Positions 37,790 to 48,856 are shown, counted from the whole stretch's first letter. The stretch: 63,229 nt of DNA, filler included, from Planctomycetota bacterium (GCA_026991575.1; 6 parts of 6 records of this genome joined end to end with filler, not necessarily neighbours in it), one strand, 5' to 3'. Numbers and translations: made by a program. The notes: generated by a model from the letters alone, not told the origin.

Positions 37790-40700
37790 CTACTCGGCGT
37801 CGGGCTGCGCCACGTCTGGTTTCGCCTTGCTATCGCCGGCTTCGGGTGCTGTGTGGTCGTTTGCTGCGTCGGCCGTGGCTGTCTGCGGTGAGGTTCTCGG
37901 GCGGTTCGCCACGTGGCGCAGGATGCGTACTCCCCCTACGGTCGTCCAGAGGAGGAGGCCGAGGAGGGCCCCGGGTAGCGACGCTTGAGCAAGCAGGAAC
38001 GCGTACTCAGACCGCGCAAAGCTCACCGCCAGCAGGCTGAGGAGGGCCAGGCCAGTCGCGGTCGCGCGCCATTCGAACCGCACCGGCAGCAGTACAACTG
38101 CTAGCAGAAACAGCGCGCCGGAACAGACGGCTACGGCCACCGGCCAACTGACGTAGCGTACCGTGACCTGGTCGCGATACTTGTGCGACCGGTACAGCGC
38201 GTAGCGCTGTGTGGACGGCCCCGCGGCGAGCCATCCGTTCAGTTCGCTCTCAATTTCTGCCAACTCTGGTGGCAACCCCGCCGGGCGTGCCGGTATGAAG
38301 CCGAGCACTTCGGACCAGCTGCTAATGTCCTCCATGCCGCTGGCCGTGACGGCATACCAGCGTCTCGGCAGCCAACACAGCAGGAGCTGTTCGTCCTGAG
38401 CCACGTCGCCGCCGAGCACCGGCATGTACAGGGACAGTGCCCCGAGAGTGCTGAGCTGGACGCTGCCACGGAGCTGGTACTGCACTACCAGGGCAAACTC
38501 GTCATCAACGTCGGATTCCCGTGTGACCGGCACGTAGTAAGTCAACCTGCCGGCGGCGTCCGACTCGGCATCGGCCACCTCGGGCAGCACCGCCCGGCCG
38601 GCGACGCTGACGGCAAGGATACGTGCGTCGCGGTGCAGGGATAGCCGCAGGCGCTGCCGCTCGGTGGTCTTCATCAGGTAGACGGTGCGGCAGGTGAGCT
38701 GCCCTTCGCTGGGGATGAGGCACTCGGTGAGCGTACGGCGGACGAGCGTCTCGGCAACCCGATGCACGGGGGGCCGAGTAACGGACAGCGTAATGGTGAC
38801 CGGGTGCCGCACGTAACGGTACGCCAGACGAGCGCCCTCACCAGGGCTGACCCGGCGCAGTTCGCGCGGGTCGATCTCCTCGGCGCCGTCGGCCCGCGCC
38901 GTTACCGACAGACCCTCGTCGCGGCTGATGCCTACTTCCCCCTCCTGACGGGCCACGTTCAGCAATTGCACCGGCTGCCACCGGGCCGTGCTGGCTTCGG
39001 CTCCCTCCTGCTGGCGTAGCGGGAGTTCGTATTCGAGCATCAGGCTGTAGTGACCAAGGGCTAGCTGCTGCAGATCGACCGTGACACGGTGCCAGCCCTC
39101 TTGCTTCGGATACGGTTCATGCCGCCACTGGCGCACCGGCGGGTCCGAGACAGCCTGCAGGTGCAGTCTCTCGACGACGCTTTGCGGAGCGAGGAACTCG
39201 AGCCGACTGATCCCGGAGTAGTCGATACGGTAATGGATCGTCGTTCGTACCGTTGCTGTCGACTCATGGACGACCAGCACCGTTGCCACGTCCGCCAGCA
39301 CGCGAGCCGGGCGACGACTCAACTCCAACGCGATCCGTGCAGGATGCGCTACGACCCGGAACAGAGCGGTCGTCCGTGCCGAGGGCGGCTCGGGCTGCTG
39401 TTGCGCAAGCTCGCCCAGCGTGACCGGAACCACCCCCTTAGATGCGTCGGACACGAAGACCGCTGTCAGTGATTCCGGCAGCGTGACGCGCACGATGGTG
39501 TCTTCGCGGTCAACCTCTTCGATCTGGGGCAGTTCAATCAGGGCGCGTTGCGGTCTTGGCGCCGGGACCAGTCCCAGCGGTACGACGCCGACGAGCTCCA
39601 GCGCGAACTTGCCAAGCTGCCGCTTGCGGAATGTGATTCGCAGTTGGCGGCCCTGGTCGAGGTCACGCACGTCGTAGCGGTCCATGTTGGGGCAGCGGAC
39701 CGACTCGACCACGAACGAGGATGGCAAGCGGACGCTCAGTGCGAAGATGCCCGCGCGCTGCACTTCGAGCGACGCGGTCATGCGCAGGTGGAGGTCGCCG
39801 CGGCGGAATGAGAGATCGGTCCATGAGTGGCTGCGCAGCCACGGTTGCAGCGGCTCGATGGTGACCGGAAGTCGCATCTCCGCGGTGTAGAAGCGGAAAT
39901 ACAGATCCGCGTCGCGCAGGCGATCGGGCATTTCCGCGCGGTGCACCTGCACGACCCCCTCGGCCGTGCCCGGCACCACGAGCAGATCGTCGGAAACGTC
40001 CACGGCAAGGGCGCCCGCGACCCGCGCCACACCCTGCGGTAACGGAAGCTCAATGGTAGTCTGCTCTCCCTGCAGTGGCCGGTCCGTTCGAACCTGGACC
40101 GTGAAGTCCTCGCTGACGGGCCGATACAGCTCCAGCTGTAAGCGGCGTGAGCCGGCCATCGCGTGCACGGTCCAGCGACGCAGCTCTTCGGACTCGACCG
40201 ACAGGATCCGGTGACCTTCGGGCACGACGAGCTGGAGTTGTTCGACGGCGCCCCGCAGCACACGGAAACGGATCAATGAGTCTGTCTCAAGCACAGCGGA
40301 CTGCACCTGGGCCTTCGCCTCAACGTCAGCCGTCAAGAGGCTCGTGCCTTCGATGCCGGCCGCCTTCGGGTACCAGGACACCGTCAGACGTTGCTGACCA
40401 CCAAGATTGACCCGCACAGTCGTATGGCCGTCCGCTTCGCGCATGCCAAACACCAGTTCCGGCGTGAGCTTGACCGTTAGGTCGGTCCCGGGCAGTTCTA
40501 CCTCCAGAGTGGCGACACCCGCGGGCGGAAGGAAGAGGGTGAAGTGACGGGCCCCGGGCTCGGTGCGCACCGGGGAGAGCAACTCCAGCTGCAGCGACAC
40601 GGTTCCCGGACCAGCCACGAGCAATTGATAGCGTGTGGGACCAAGCGCACGGACCAGCGTCCGATTCGGCGAAACACCGCGCACGGACGCAATGGCTCCT

Positions 40701-41083
40701 CTGAGAAGGTTCCATTCCAACGCGGCCCAACCGGCACCGAGGGCTTCAAGCTCCAGTTCGGCGTCCACCAGCAAGCGGTTCCCTTCGACACGGCCGCGGT
40801 AGCGGGCACGCCGCAGCACGGCCTTGCGCGTCGGCAGCGCACGCAGCAGCACGTCAACCAGCTGAGCTCGCTCGACCAGCTTGCGGTACTCGCCAGCAGG
40901 CAGGATGACCTGACCGTCGCGTGCAATGCCAAGTTGGTCAAGCCGCTGGAACGGAACAAGGATCACGTGCGACTCGCCAACACCGGTTCCTGGCGTCTCA
41001 GGCTGCTCGGGCGCGGGTTGCTGTTGGGCAAGCAGGCCAGTCGAGGCAGCTAGGAACCATAATCCGGCAGCGGCACGAAACAT
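37790..41083 (-). CDS. 1097-aa exported beta-rich protein with C-terminal TMs; paralog of each half of the downstream giant protein
   Basis: Signal peptide, same module order as the units of the giant protein, three C-terminal TMs. Confidence 0.88.
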   Translation of the reverse strand: MFRAAAGLWFLAASTGLLAQQQPAPEQPETPGTGVGESHVILVPFQRLDQLGIARDGQVILPAGEYRKLVERAQLVDVLLRALPTRKAVLRRARYRGRVEGNRLLVDAELELEALGAGWAALEWNLLRGAIASVRGVSPNRTLVRALGPTRYQLLVAGPGTVSLQLELLSPVRTEPGARHFTLFLPPAGVATLEVELPGTDLTVKLTPELVFGMREADGHTTVRVNLGGQQRLTVSWYPKAAGIEGTSLLTADVEAKAQVQSAVLETDSLIRFRVLRGAVEQLQLVVPEGHRILSVESEELRRWTVHAMAGSRRLQLELYRPVSEDFTVQVRTDRPLQGEQTTIELPLPQGVARVAGALAVDVSDDLLVVPGTAEGVVQVHRAEMPDRLRDADLYFRFYTAEMRLPVTIEPLQPWLRSHSWTDLSFRRGDLHLRMTASLEVQRAGIFALSVRLPSSFVVESVRCPNMDRYDVRDLDQGRQLRITFRKRQLGKFALELVGVVPLGLVPAPRPQRALIELPQIEEVDREDTIVRVTLPESLTAVFVSDASKGVVPVTLGELAQQQPEPPSARTTALFRVVAHPARIALELSRRPARVLADVATVLVVHESTATVRTTIHYRIDYSGISRLEFLAPQSVVERLHLQAVSDPPVRQWRHEPYPKQEGWHRVTVDLQQLALGHYSLMLEYELPLRQQEGAEASTARWQPVQLLNVARQEGEVGISRDEGLSVTARADGAEEIDPRELRRVSPGEGARLAYRYVRHPVTITLSVTRPPVHRVAETLVRRTLTECLIPSEGQLTCRTVYLMKTTERQRLRLSLHRDARILAVSVAGRAVLPEVADAESDAAGRLTYYVPVTRESDVDDEFALVVQYQLRGSVQLSTLGALSLYMPVLGGDVAQDEQLLLCWLPRRWYAVTASGMEDISSWSEVLGFIPARPAGLPPELAEIESELNGWLAAGPSTQRYALYRSHKYRDQVTVRYVSWPVAVAVCSGALFLLAVVLLPVRFEWRATATGLALLSLLAVSFARSEYAFLLAQASLPGALLGLLLWTTVGGVRILRHVANRPRTSPQTATADAANDHTAPEAGDSKAKPDVAQPDAE

Positions 41084-41227
41084 GAAATCTCTCCCGAGAA
41101 GCTTGGTCGGCCCGGGCAGACGTGCGTACGGTGACCCCGCAGTTCGATCCTATCAAGGCCGCGGGCCACATGCAATCGGATGAGCCGCTCAGGCGGCCGA
41201 CCGTGCCACGCCGGCGCCGGGTGAGAG

Positions 41228-42214
41228 TTATCCGGTCGGCAGCGTACCTAGATGGACGGCACGGTAGTAGATGTAACCCGCATAGGCAACCAACAGTGCC
41301 AGTCCCTCCCAGCGAGTGATTCGCCGTCGATTGGTCATCGCAAGCGGGAAGAGCACTGCCGATAACCCGAACATCACGGCCATGTCCAGGCCGCCACTGC
41401 GCGGGACCGGCACCGTTCCGATCGTCGACGTGACCCCAAGGATGAACAGAAGGTTGAAGACGTTAGAGCCCACGATATTGCCCAGAGCGATGTCCTCGTG
41501 TTGACGGTACGCTGCAACCAGCGACGTGGCCAGTTCCGGCAGACTGGTGCCGAACGCGATCACCGTCAGACCGATGACCGCCTTGCTGACCCCCAGCGCC
41601 TCGGCAACGCCGACCGCACCGCGCACCGTGGCTTCCCCCCCAAGCCCGACCATGACGATACCCGCCAGCGTGATCAGCAACAGGATGCCGATACTGCGAT
41701 CGCTGGCCGGGATCTCTCCGACGCGCTCCAGCAGCTCTGCCCGATCTTCCTGGGCGGCGACGAACGAGTAATAAAGGAAGATGCTGAAAAACAGCAGCAG
41801 CGTGATACCGTCGTTACGCGAGAAGCTCCAGGTGGCACCGTCCCAGAGCCCGTCACAGGCGAGGTTAATAGCGGCAAGCGTGGCCAGGAGCATGAACGGG
41901 ATCTCGCGCGTGATGACCTTGAGCTTCACGTCGACGGGCCGGATCAGCGCAGCAGTGCCCAGGATCAGTCCGATGTTGGCGATGTTCGAGCCGATAATGT
42001 TGCCGAAGCTGATCTCCCCCTGCCCACGCACTGCGGCGAGGACGTTGACGGCGAGCTCAGGGGCACTGGTTCCGAACGCCACCACGGTGAGGCCTACGAC
42101 GAGCGTCGAAACGCCTAGGGCACGGGCCAGTCCGGCAGCACCGCGCACAAGCGTGTCGCCGCCGAAGACCAACAGGGCAATGCCAACCAGAAGATAGATC
42201 GCGTCTAGAAGCAC
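41228..42214 (-). CDS. Calcium/sodium antiporter (CaCA, YrbG-like)
   Basis: Two alpha repeats: AFGTSAPE...GNIIGSN and AFGTSLPE...GNIVGSN. Confidence 0.93.
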   Translation of the reverse strand: MLLDAIYLLVGIALLVFGGDTLVRGAAGLARALGVSTLVVGLTVVAFGTSAPELAVNVLAAVRGQGEISFGNIIGSNIANIGLILGTAALIRPVDVKLKVITREIPFMLLATLAAINLACDGLWDGATWSFSRNDGITLLLFFSIFLYYSFVAAQEDRAELLERVGEIPASDRSIGILLLITLAGIVMVGLGGEATVRGAVGVAEALGVSKAVIGLTVIAFGTSLPELATSLVAAYRQHEDIALGNIVGSNVFNLLFILGVTSTIGTVPVPRSGGLDMAVMFGLSAVLFPLAMTNRRRITRWEGLALLVAYAGYIYYRAVHLGTLPTG

Positions 42215-43267
42215 TGGTGCGCCTCCGCGGCTGTGCCGTTCATTCTAGAAGGGTCTTCGACACGAAAGCGTTTCTGCTGTGTCCGAATGCGCTCCCGCGG
42301 AACGGACACGCGGTGGGCCGACGGGCATCCCACCGGATGCGGCCACCGACGTGCTCGATTTGCGCTCGTCCACAGCGAGCACAACCAATTTGCCGACTAT
42401 GGCTGCCTGCCAGTGCTAACGGTCGAACAGCCAGTCGTGTCGTCCTCCAGGCAGTAAGGCGCTGGAACCTCCAGCCAGCCGGGCGACACCAGCACTTCAT
42501 GCAGCGGCCCCGCGTCCCCTGCCGCCGGCGAGCCGGGCTGATCCTGTCCTGCCAGTACTTCCTTGTCCTCTCGGGTCAGTCGCCGCAGCGTGGCTTTCGC
42601 CAACAGTGAGGGAATCCATCCCTGGGCTGCCATTGCTATCAGCCCTGCGGCAGCGGTTACCACCCGAGCAGCCTGCTCGGCAGCAGCGGCGCTTGGATCG
42701 CCCTTGCGCAGCTGAGCAACCGCCGCGTGGGCAGGAGCCAGGACACAAGCACGACAATGGCCCACAGGCAGGCGGGGAATCACTTCGCCACATAAGCTTG
42801 CCCTTGCCCGTACACGTGCTGGGCCTCATGCTTGCGGTGACACACCCGTGGCTGGGCAGGACGCATGGCTGTGCTAGAGGCGCAGGTTGTGGGCGAGGTT
42901 TTCTGAGCCGCTTCCGTCAAGTCAGTTCTTCAGCGACCAGCGTCTGGCACTTCCCGCTCGCCGTGCCCTCTCACGTGGGCGGCCTGATCGTTGCGCCACT
43001 CGGCGCCCGCGTCGCTAGCCGCTTTTCATCTGATTTGGGAGCAGTGCTGCGGGGATCGGACGGCCACTCGGGTCGAACCAAGTGCGTGAGCTGTGACGGC
43101 GCGAGGGCTGCTGGGTGCGGTCGATCCGCTTCGAAGAGGGGCACGCCGAGTGTCGGTTCATCTAGGTTCGTGCCGTCCCAGCGCATGGTGAGCCGAAGAC
43201 TGGCACGGCTGGCGTGGACGTTGCGATAGGATTGGGGCGTGGCCTGGCAAGAGCTGGAGAGACGGAG

Positions 43268-44461
43268 ATGGGTGCCAGAGAACGGGAAATCCGACCGGAG
43301 TGGCTGCCGCGTGGGGTGAGGGTTGCCGGTGTGCATTGTGGCGTGAAGGCCGCGACGCAGGCCAGGGATCTGGCGTTGTTCGTTTCCGATGGGCCGGCGG
43401 TTGCCGTCGGCACGTTCACGACGAATCGCGTTGTGGCGGCACCTGTGGTTCGTACGCGTGCTCTGGTGCCGACGGACGCTGCGCGCGCGGTGGTGGTGAA
43501 TTCTGGCAATGCAAACGCGTGCACGGGCGAACAGGGTATGAAGGACGCTGAGGCCATGGCGCGGATGACAGCCGCGCGCATTGGCTGTGCCCCGGAGCAA
43601 GTTCTGGTCTGCTCGACCGGCCTCATCGGGGTACCGTTGCCCATGCAGGCCATTGAGCGGGGCATCGATGAGGCTGCGCGACAGCTCGACGATTCCGTGC
43701 AATCCTGGCGTGATGCGGCCCGCGCGATCCTGACCACCGATACGACGACAAAGGTTGCTGCCTCCGGGGGCGAGGGCCCTCGTGTGTTTGGCCTGGCCAA
43801 GGGAGCCGGCATGATTGCGCCCCGAATGGCCACGATGCTTGCGTTCCTCTTTACTGATGCCCGCGTGCGCGATCCGGAACGGCTCCAGAAGGTGCTGCAG
43901 GCGGTGGTTTCGGAAACGTTCAACTGCATCACCGTCGACGGCCACACGAGTACGAACGACACGGTACTGCTGCTGGCAACGGGTGCGTCGGAGCAGGAAG
44001 TCGATGCCGAAGCGTTGAGCTGCGGGCTGTTGACCGTGTGCACCGAGCTGGCGCGTCAGATCGTCGCCGACGGTGAGGGGGCAACGAAGCTTGTGACCGT
44101 CTGCGTCGAGGGGGCGGACAGTTCCCGGGACGCACTGCTTGCTGCTCGCGCGATCGCCGAGAGCCTTCTGGTTAAGACGGCAATCTACGGATGTGACCCG
44201 AACTGGGGCCGGATTGTTTCCGCGGCGGGCTACTCAGGGGCGAGTTTCCAGCCAGAGCTTGTTTCCGTGAGGATCAACGGCGTTGTCGTCTATGACCGTG
44301 GCCGCCCCGTGCCTTTTGACCGCCGCGCGCTGTCGGAAGCGATGCGTCAGTCGAAGGAGATTACGCTGCAGGTGCACTTGGGCGGTGGGTCTCAGCGGTG
44401 CACGTTCTGGACGTGTGACCTGACGGAGGCCTACGTGCGGTTCAATGCGGAGTACTCCTAG
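43268..44461 (+). CDS. argJ: Bifunctional ornithine acetyltransferase/N-acetylglutamate synthase
   Basis: NSGNANACTG, KGAGMIAPRMATML, DGHTSTNDT and DGEGATK motifs. Confidence 0.96.
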   Translation: MGAREREIRPEWLPRGVRVAGVHCGVKAATQARDLALFVSDGPAVAVGTFTTNRVVAAPVVRTRALVPTDAARAVVVNSGNANACTGEQGMKDAEAMARMTAARIGCAPEQVLVCSTGLIGVPLPMQAIERGIDEAARQLDDSVQSWRDAARAILTTDTTTKVAASGGEGPRVFGLAKGAGMIAPRMATMLAFLFTDARVRDPERLQKVLQAVVSETFNCITVDGHTSTNDTVLLLATGASEQEVDAEALSCGLLTVCTELARQIVADGEGATKLVTVCVEGADSSRDALLAARAIAESLLVKTAIYGCDPNWGRIVSAAGYSGASFQPELVSVRINGVVVYDRGRPVPFDRRALSEAMRQSKEITLQVHLGGGSQRCTFWTCDLTEAYVRFNAEYS

Positions 44462-44588
44462 GCCGGCCCTATCGGACGTGCGGCCGCCTCCTTGCTTCCG
44501 CGTCGCCGAATCTGGCCTATTCTGCCAGTGGCGGATCGCCTTTGGTGGCGACCGCTAGGCGCGGGGGCCGCTGCGAGCGCGGGGGGCT

Positions 44589-46631
44589 TCAGGCGCCTGT
44601 GGCTGCTCCGGTGGGCAGTTCGAGTTCTTCGGGCTCTTGCTGGTGCTCGCCTGCGGCAAGCCAAACGCGGGCGTACCGCCAGGAAGCCAGCGCTGCGAAC
44701 AGCAGGTCCGCGGCTACGCTGGCACTGACCACCCCCAGCCCACCGCGGCCAAGCGCATAACCGTGCAACCCCACGGGTCGACCTTCGTTAAAAAGCGGCA
44801 GCACGAAGTTGACGCCGTACCAGGACATCAGGATCGACAGGAAGCAGAGGTGGCCGCCCAGCAGCAGGCCAAACACGTTCCACATTCCTGTGTACCGCCC
44901 GTGGAGCACGATCATGTAGCACAGTAGCGAAATCAGCGCCCAGACTTCCTTCGGGTCCCAGCCCCAGAAGCGGCCCCACGAGTCGTATGCCCAGACGCCG
45001 CCCAGGATGGTACCGGCGGCCAGCAGTACGACGGCTGCCTGGATACAGCGGTAGGTAGCCTGTGCCAGGTCGCGCGCCAGTGCGCGGCGTTCGGGGGTGG
45101 GGCGGGTGAACAAGTAGAGGGCAAGGCCCCCGAGGCTGATGGCCCATGCCAGAGCACCGGCGGCGTAGCTGGAGACGATCGTCAGCACGTGCACGACGAG
45201 GTAAAGATTCGTGCGCAGCACCGGCTCGATGGGCGAAATCGTGGGGTCGAGCACCGAGGGAGTATTTGTGGCGATGAGCATGGAGACGGCCGCGACGGCC
45301 GCTGCCGCGGTGGCAAACCACCAACGCCGGTAGTACAGCTCGTAGCCGAGACCGAACAGGGCGCCGGAGAACGCCACCCAGACGACGGTCTCGTACAGGT
45401 TGGTAACCGGCCCCCGCCAGCTGGCGCCCATGGCGTGTCCGGCCACGATACTACGGAGCACAAAGCCGTAGGTGGCCACGGCTGTGGCGGCAGCCGCGAC
45501 GGCCATGCCGCTCCAGTATGCCCAGCGGGGCTTCTTCAGCAGGAGGCCGAGCGCAAAGAGCACCGTGGCCAACACGTACAGCACGGTCGCTTTGCCGAAC
45601 GGATCCACCAGGTTGTACTGGACCTCAATGTCCAGCACCCGGGTGCTGGCTGGATAGGCGGCGGTGTCCCGCTGGGAGAAGACGACCGTGCCCTGAGCGG
45701 CCCGCTCGCGCTTACGCACCTCGTTTACCTTCAGGCCCAGATCGCGTAACGCGTTCACGAACCGCCAGCTGGCCTCGGCGAAGCGCTCGGATGCGATACC
45801 CTCTTTCAGGTACGCAGCACGTGCCTGAAAGAACGCGTGCCGGATCTGCTGGAGTGCCTCGTCACTGTAGGCGTCCTCCAGGCGAGACGCGATGGCTTCC
45901 GGATCGGCAGCCAGCAACACGGCCAGCGGCAGCCACCTCTCACGGCTCGGGTCCGGTGGCGGAGCCGTTGCCATCAGCCCGATCTCGGTGCCCATGCGCA
46001 GCGTGATGAATGTCATGTAACGGTTCCATAGCTCCCAGGCCTTTTGCTCGACCGTGGTGAGCTTTTCCTCCTGAGCCAGTCGATCGCGCAGTTGGCGGCC
46101 CCAGTCAAAGAACGTGATCGGCCCGCTCTGTTTCTTCCCCTCCGCTGCTCGTGGTGCGCTCGGCGGCGTTACCTTCGCGCGATAAAGGGCCACCGCGCTG
46201 ACCCGTTCCACCTCGTCAGCGAAGCCAAGCATCCGCTTCAGTTGGTTATGTTGGATCAGCAGCACCGGTGCCTTGTCCCAATCATCCGGTTCGTGGCTAG
46301 CCCAGTAGTCTGCGTGCAGGTCCATCCACTGGATCCGAGCGAGCCGTTCCTGATCCCAACCTGGCCAGGTGAAGATCAGATCCAGGGCGAGGGCGACCGG
46401 ATCCCACCGGTGGTTGATCCGTTGCGCAACGTCGGGCGCATCGGGACGGTACGATTCGCGCCCGGTCATGATGCGCACGGTCTCACGGGCGTAGGTGTCG
46501 AACGGCTTCACTCTGCCGCCGTGTAGCACCGGCAGGTGTCGCCACGGTTTCAGCGGGTCAGCTGCCTGGACAGCCGTCGCAGCGGCAGGCAGGATCAGCC
46601 ATGCGATCAGGAGGGTCAGAAGCCGCTTCAT
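44589..46631 (-). CDS. ccsA: System II cytochrome c biogenesis protein CcsA/ResC
   Basis: WWD motif GGVWAYDSWGRFWGWDPKEVW, GGRVKPFDTYA and GLHGYA. Confidence 0.93.
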   Translation of the reverse strand: MKRLLTLLIAWLILPAAATAVQAADPLKPWRHLPVLHGGRVKPFDTYARETVRIMTGRESYRPDAPDVAQRINHRWDPVALALDLIFTWPGWDQERLARIQWMDLHADYWASHEPDDWDKAPVLLIQHNQLKRMLGFADEVERVSAVALYRAKVTPPSAPRAAEGKKQSGPITFFDWGRQLRDRLAQEEKLTTVEQKAWELWNRYMTFITLRMGTEIGLMATAPPPDPSRERWLPLAVLLAADPEAIASRLEDAYSDEALQQIRHAFFQARAAYLKEGIASERFAEASWRFVNALRDLGLKVNEVRKRERAAQGTVVFSQRDTAAYPASTRVLDIEVQYNLVDPFGKATVLYVLATVLFALGLLLKKPRWAYWSGMAVAAAATAVATYGFVLRSIVAGHAMGASWRGPVTNLYETVVWVAFSGALFGLGYELYYRRWWFATAAAAVAAVSMLIATNTPSVLDPTISPIEPVLRTNLYLVVHVLTIVSSYAAGALAWAISLGGLALYLFTRPTPERRALARDLAQATYRCIQAAVVLLAAGTILGGVWAYDSWGRFWGWDPKEVWALISLLCYMIVLHGRYTGMWNVFGLLLGGHLCFLSILMSWYGVNFVLPLFNEGRPVGLHGYALGRGGLGVVSASVAADLLFAALASWRYARVWLAAGEHQQEPEELELPTGAATGA

Positions 46632-46687
46632 AGCAAGCACTCCAGCGGGGCAGGCCCGCGGTGGTGGCAGGAATCGATGCGGCGCGC

Positions 46688-48856
46688 TCAGCGTTTTCGA
46701 GCCGCAAGCGCTTCGCGCGCCGTACGCGCCCGACCAAACTGCTTCTTCCATTCGCTACGCGGCGCGAAGAAGTAGGTTTTCATGTAGAACATCACCACGA
46801 TCCCGAGCACGATCATCAGCGACCCAATGGCCTTCAACGGGTAGCCCGGGTCCCGGCCCACGGCGAAGACAGAGGACATGGACCCGTCAGGGTTCTGAAA
46901 GTAGCTGCTCTGGTAGAACTTCAAGCCGCGGTGCTTCAGCGGGGCGTTCATCGTGATGATCCGCTGCTCGTCAATGCCCTTTTCCTTATCGATCAACTGC
47001 ACAACGCTCGTGTAGCTAGCCGGGCGCCCTGTGCCGGGATCGTATCCGATGGCGAAGTCAATCAGCTTGATCGTGAACGGCAGCCGCAGTGAGCGGGTGT
47101 CATAGCTGACGCGCAGGACGTGGTGCGGATCGGCCGCACCCAGAGACACCGTCCGGGTTTCGAACCGCTGCAGCCAGAACTCGTCCTCAATCCGGTTGCT
47201 TCCTTCGCCGATCCCGATGCGAACGCGTATCGCCGGGGGTGCGTTCTCGTTCTCCCATTTCGGTACCAGGTGGAACCGCCGCTGCGGCACAACCTGCCAG
47301 TCGACGGCCACCAGTCGCAGTTTCAGGCCCATCCACGCGTCGATGTCGTCACCCACGTCCCAGCGGCCGGCTGCCCGGAGGCCGCTGTTGGTGCGGAGGC
47401 GGTAGTAAACCTGCCGATCCGGGGCCAGGCCGATATCCAGCCGCGCCATGCTGCCGCGCGGGATTGCCGTCGGGTCAACCTCCGGGTGATAGTAGCTCAG
47501 TTTGAACGGTTCCACGGGCGGCCAGAGGCGATAGCGCGCAAACGCCTCACCGAACGACACGGAATGCCCCTTTTGCTGCTGGTCCAACAGCCAGCCAAGG
47601 GCGTCGCGCCAGATCCGGACGTCCGTGGGATACTCGTCCCAGCCAGCGAACACGACGTGCTGCAGGGCACTGTCTTCGTCGTCGCCCTGATACAACAGGA
47701 CGCGAACGACCGGCCGCGCCAGGTCCCGTTCACCCCCCTCCGCCTCATCACCGATATGGGCCGTATAGTCGATGATCTTGACCTTCCAGTCGGTCTCCGG
47801 TACCTGTACCGCCTTGTTCAGGTACTCGGTTACGGGAAGAGTCAGCACGCCGCCGTCATGATGCACTCGTAGCACCCCCTTGCCTTCCGCCTGAGGGGGC
47901 TCTAGGAAGTCGCTTACTTCGCTGGCGAAGCGTAGGCGACGAACCGTCGTGAAGGCCGGGGCCAGTTCAGCGGCACTTTCCAGAAGGTAGCCGTTCGCCA
48001 CGTAGAGCCCCGCTTCCTGGTGCACGTTCATTCCGCCGCTTTCCTCTTCGTCGCGGTGTGGCGGCGTACCGGGCGGGTGAATGTGGCCGTGCATAAGCAG
48101 CCGGACATAAGGCGCACCTTGCGGGTCCTCGACAAAGACCACCTCCGTCTTGCTTCTCGGGTAGAACCCGGTCAACTGCACCTGGATATCGTCGCGGCCG
48201 GTCTCGATCGGCACGACCGTGCCATCTGGCCAGGCCAGTCCGCCGAGCCGCAGCGGGATCTCGATCTCCTGAGCGACCCCGCCATGGGCCGCATCGCCCA
48301 TGACCGAAGCCCACTGGAGCCGCAACACCTCCTGGTCCAGCAAGATCACCTCATCCCCGGCCTCGCCCTCCCGCAGCGCCATCTGGCCATCGATGCCGGC
48401 CAGCAGCGTCAGGAACGAGCCTGCCAGCAGCACCAGGAGCCCGGCGTGCGTGATAACGAATCCGGTGTGCCGCTTCTGCCAGGGGAACCGGCTCAGCGTC
48501 GCGCAAAAAATATTGACTGCCAGCAGCGGCAGCAGGAGCATGAGCCCGGGAAGCAAGATCGGTATTGGCACCGGGCCGAGCCGGACTACGGTGAAGAACA
48601 CCCAGCTCTTGTACAGGTCTGCCTGGGCGGCACGAGTACCGAAGCGGGCTTCCCAAATGGTGCCGACGGCTAGGACGATCACCAACAGACTGAGCAGGAC
48701 GATGGCCAGCTTCAGGGATGACAGAAAATCGAACGTATCAGCCAGCACCCGCTCGATGAAGCTCAACTCGGGTTCTGCGCCGCTTCTGGCTGTGACTGGC
48801 GGCTTCGTGCCCTGGTGGCGGGGACGCTGTTCTTTCGCGGCAGCATGCCTTGCCAT
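46688..48856 (-). CDS. resB: Cytochrome c biogenesis ResB/CcsB-like protein
   Basis: FLSSLKLAI, GFVITHAG and ITMNAPLKHRGLKFYQSSY motifs; upstream of ccsA. Confidence 0.88.
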   Translation of the reverse strand: MARHAAAKEQRPRHQGTKPPVTARSGAEPELSFIERVLADTFDFLSSLKLAIVLLSLLVIVLAVGTIWEARFGTRAAQADLYKSWVFFTVVRLGPVPIPILLPGLMLLLPLLAVNIFCATLSRFPWQKRHTGFVITHAGLLVLLAGSFLTLLAGIDGQMALREGEAGDEVILLDQEVLRLQWASVMGDAAHGGVAQEIEIPLRLGGLAWPDGTVVPIETGRDDIQVQLTGFYPRSKTEVVFVEDPQGAPYVRLLMHGHIHPPGTPPHRDEEESGGMNVHQEAGLYVANGYLLESAAELAPAFTTVRRLRFASEVSDFLEPPQAEGKGVLRVHHDGGVLTLPVTEYLNKAVQVPETDWKVKIIDYTAHIGDEAEGGERDLARPVVRVLLYQGDDEDSALQHVVFAGWDEYPTDVRIWRDALGWLLDQQQKGHSVSFGEAFARYRLWPPVEPFKLSYYHPEVDPTAIPRGSMARLDIGLAPDRQVYYRLRTNSGLRAAGRWDVGDDIDAWMGLKLRLVAVDWQVVPQRRFHLVPKWENENAPPAIRVRIGIGEGSNRIEDEFWLQRFETRTVSLGAADPHHVLRVSYDTRSLRLPFTIKLIDFAIGYDPGTGRPASYTSVVQLIDKEKGIDEQRIITMNAPLKHRGLKFYQSSYFQNPDGSMSSVFAVGRDPGYPLKAIGSLMIVLGIVVMFYMKTYFFAPRSEWKKQFGRARTAREALAARKR

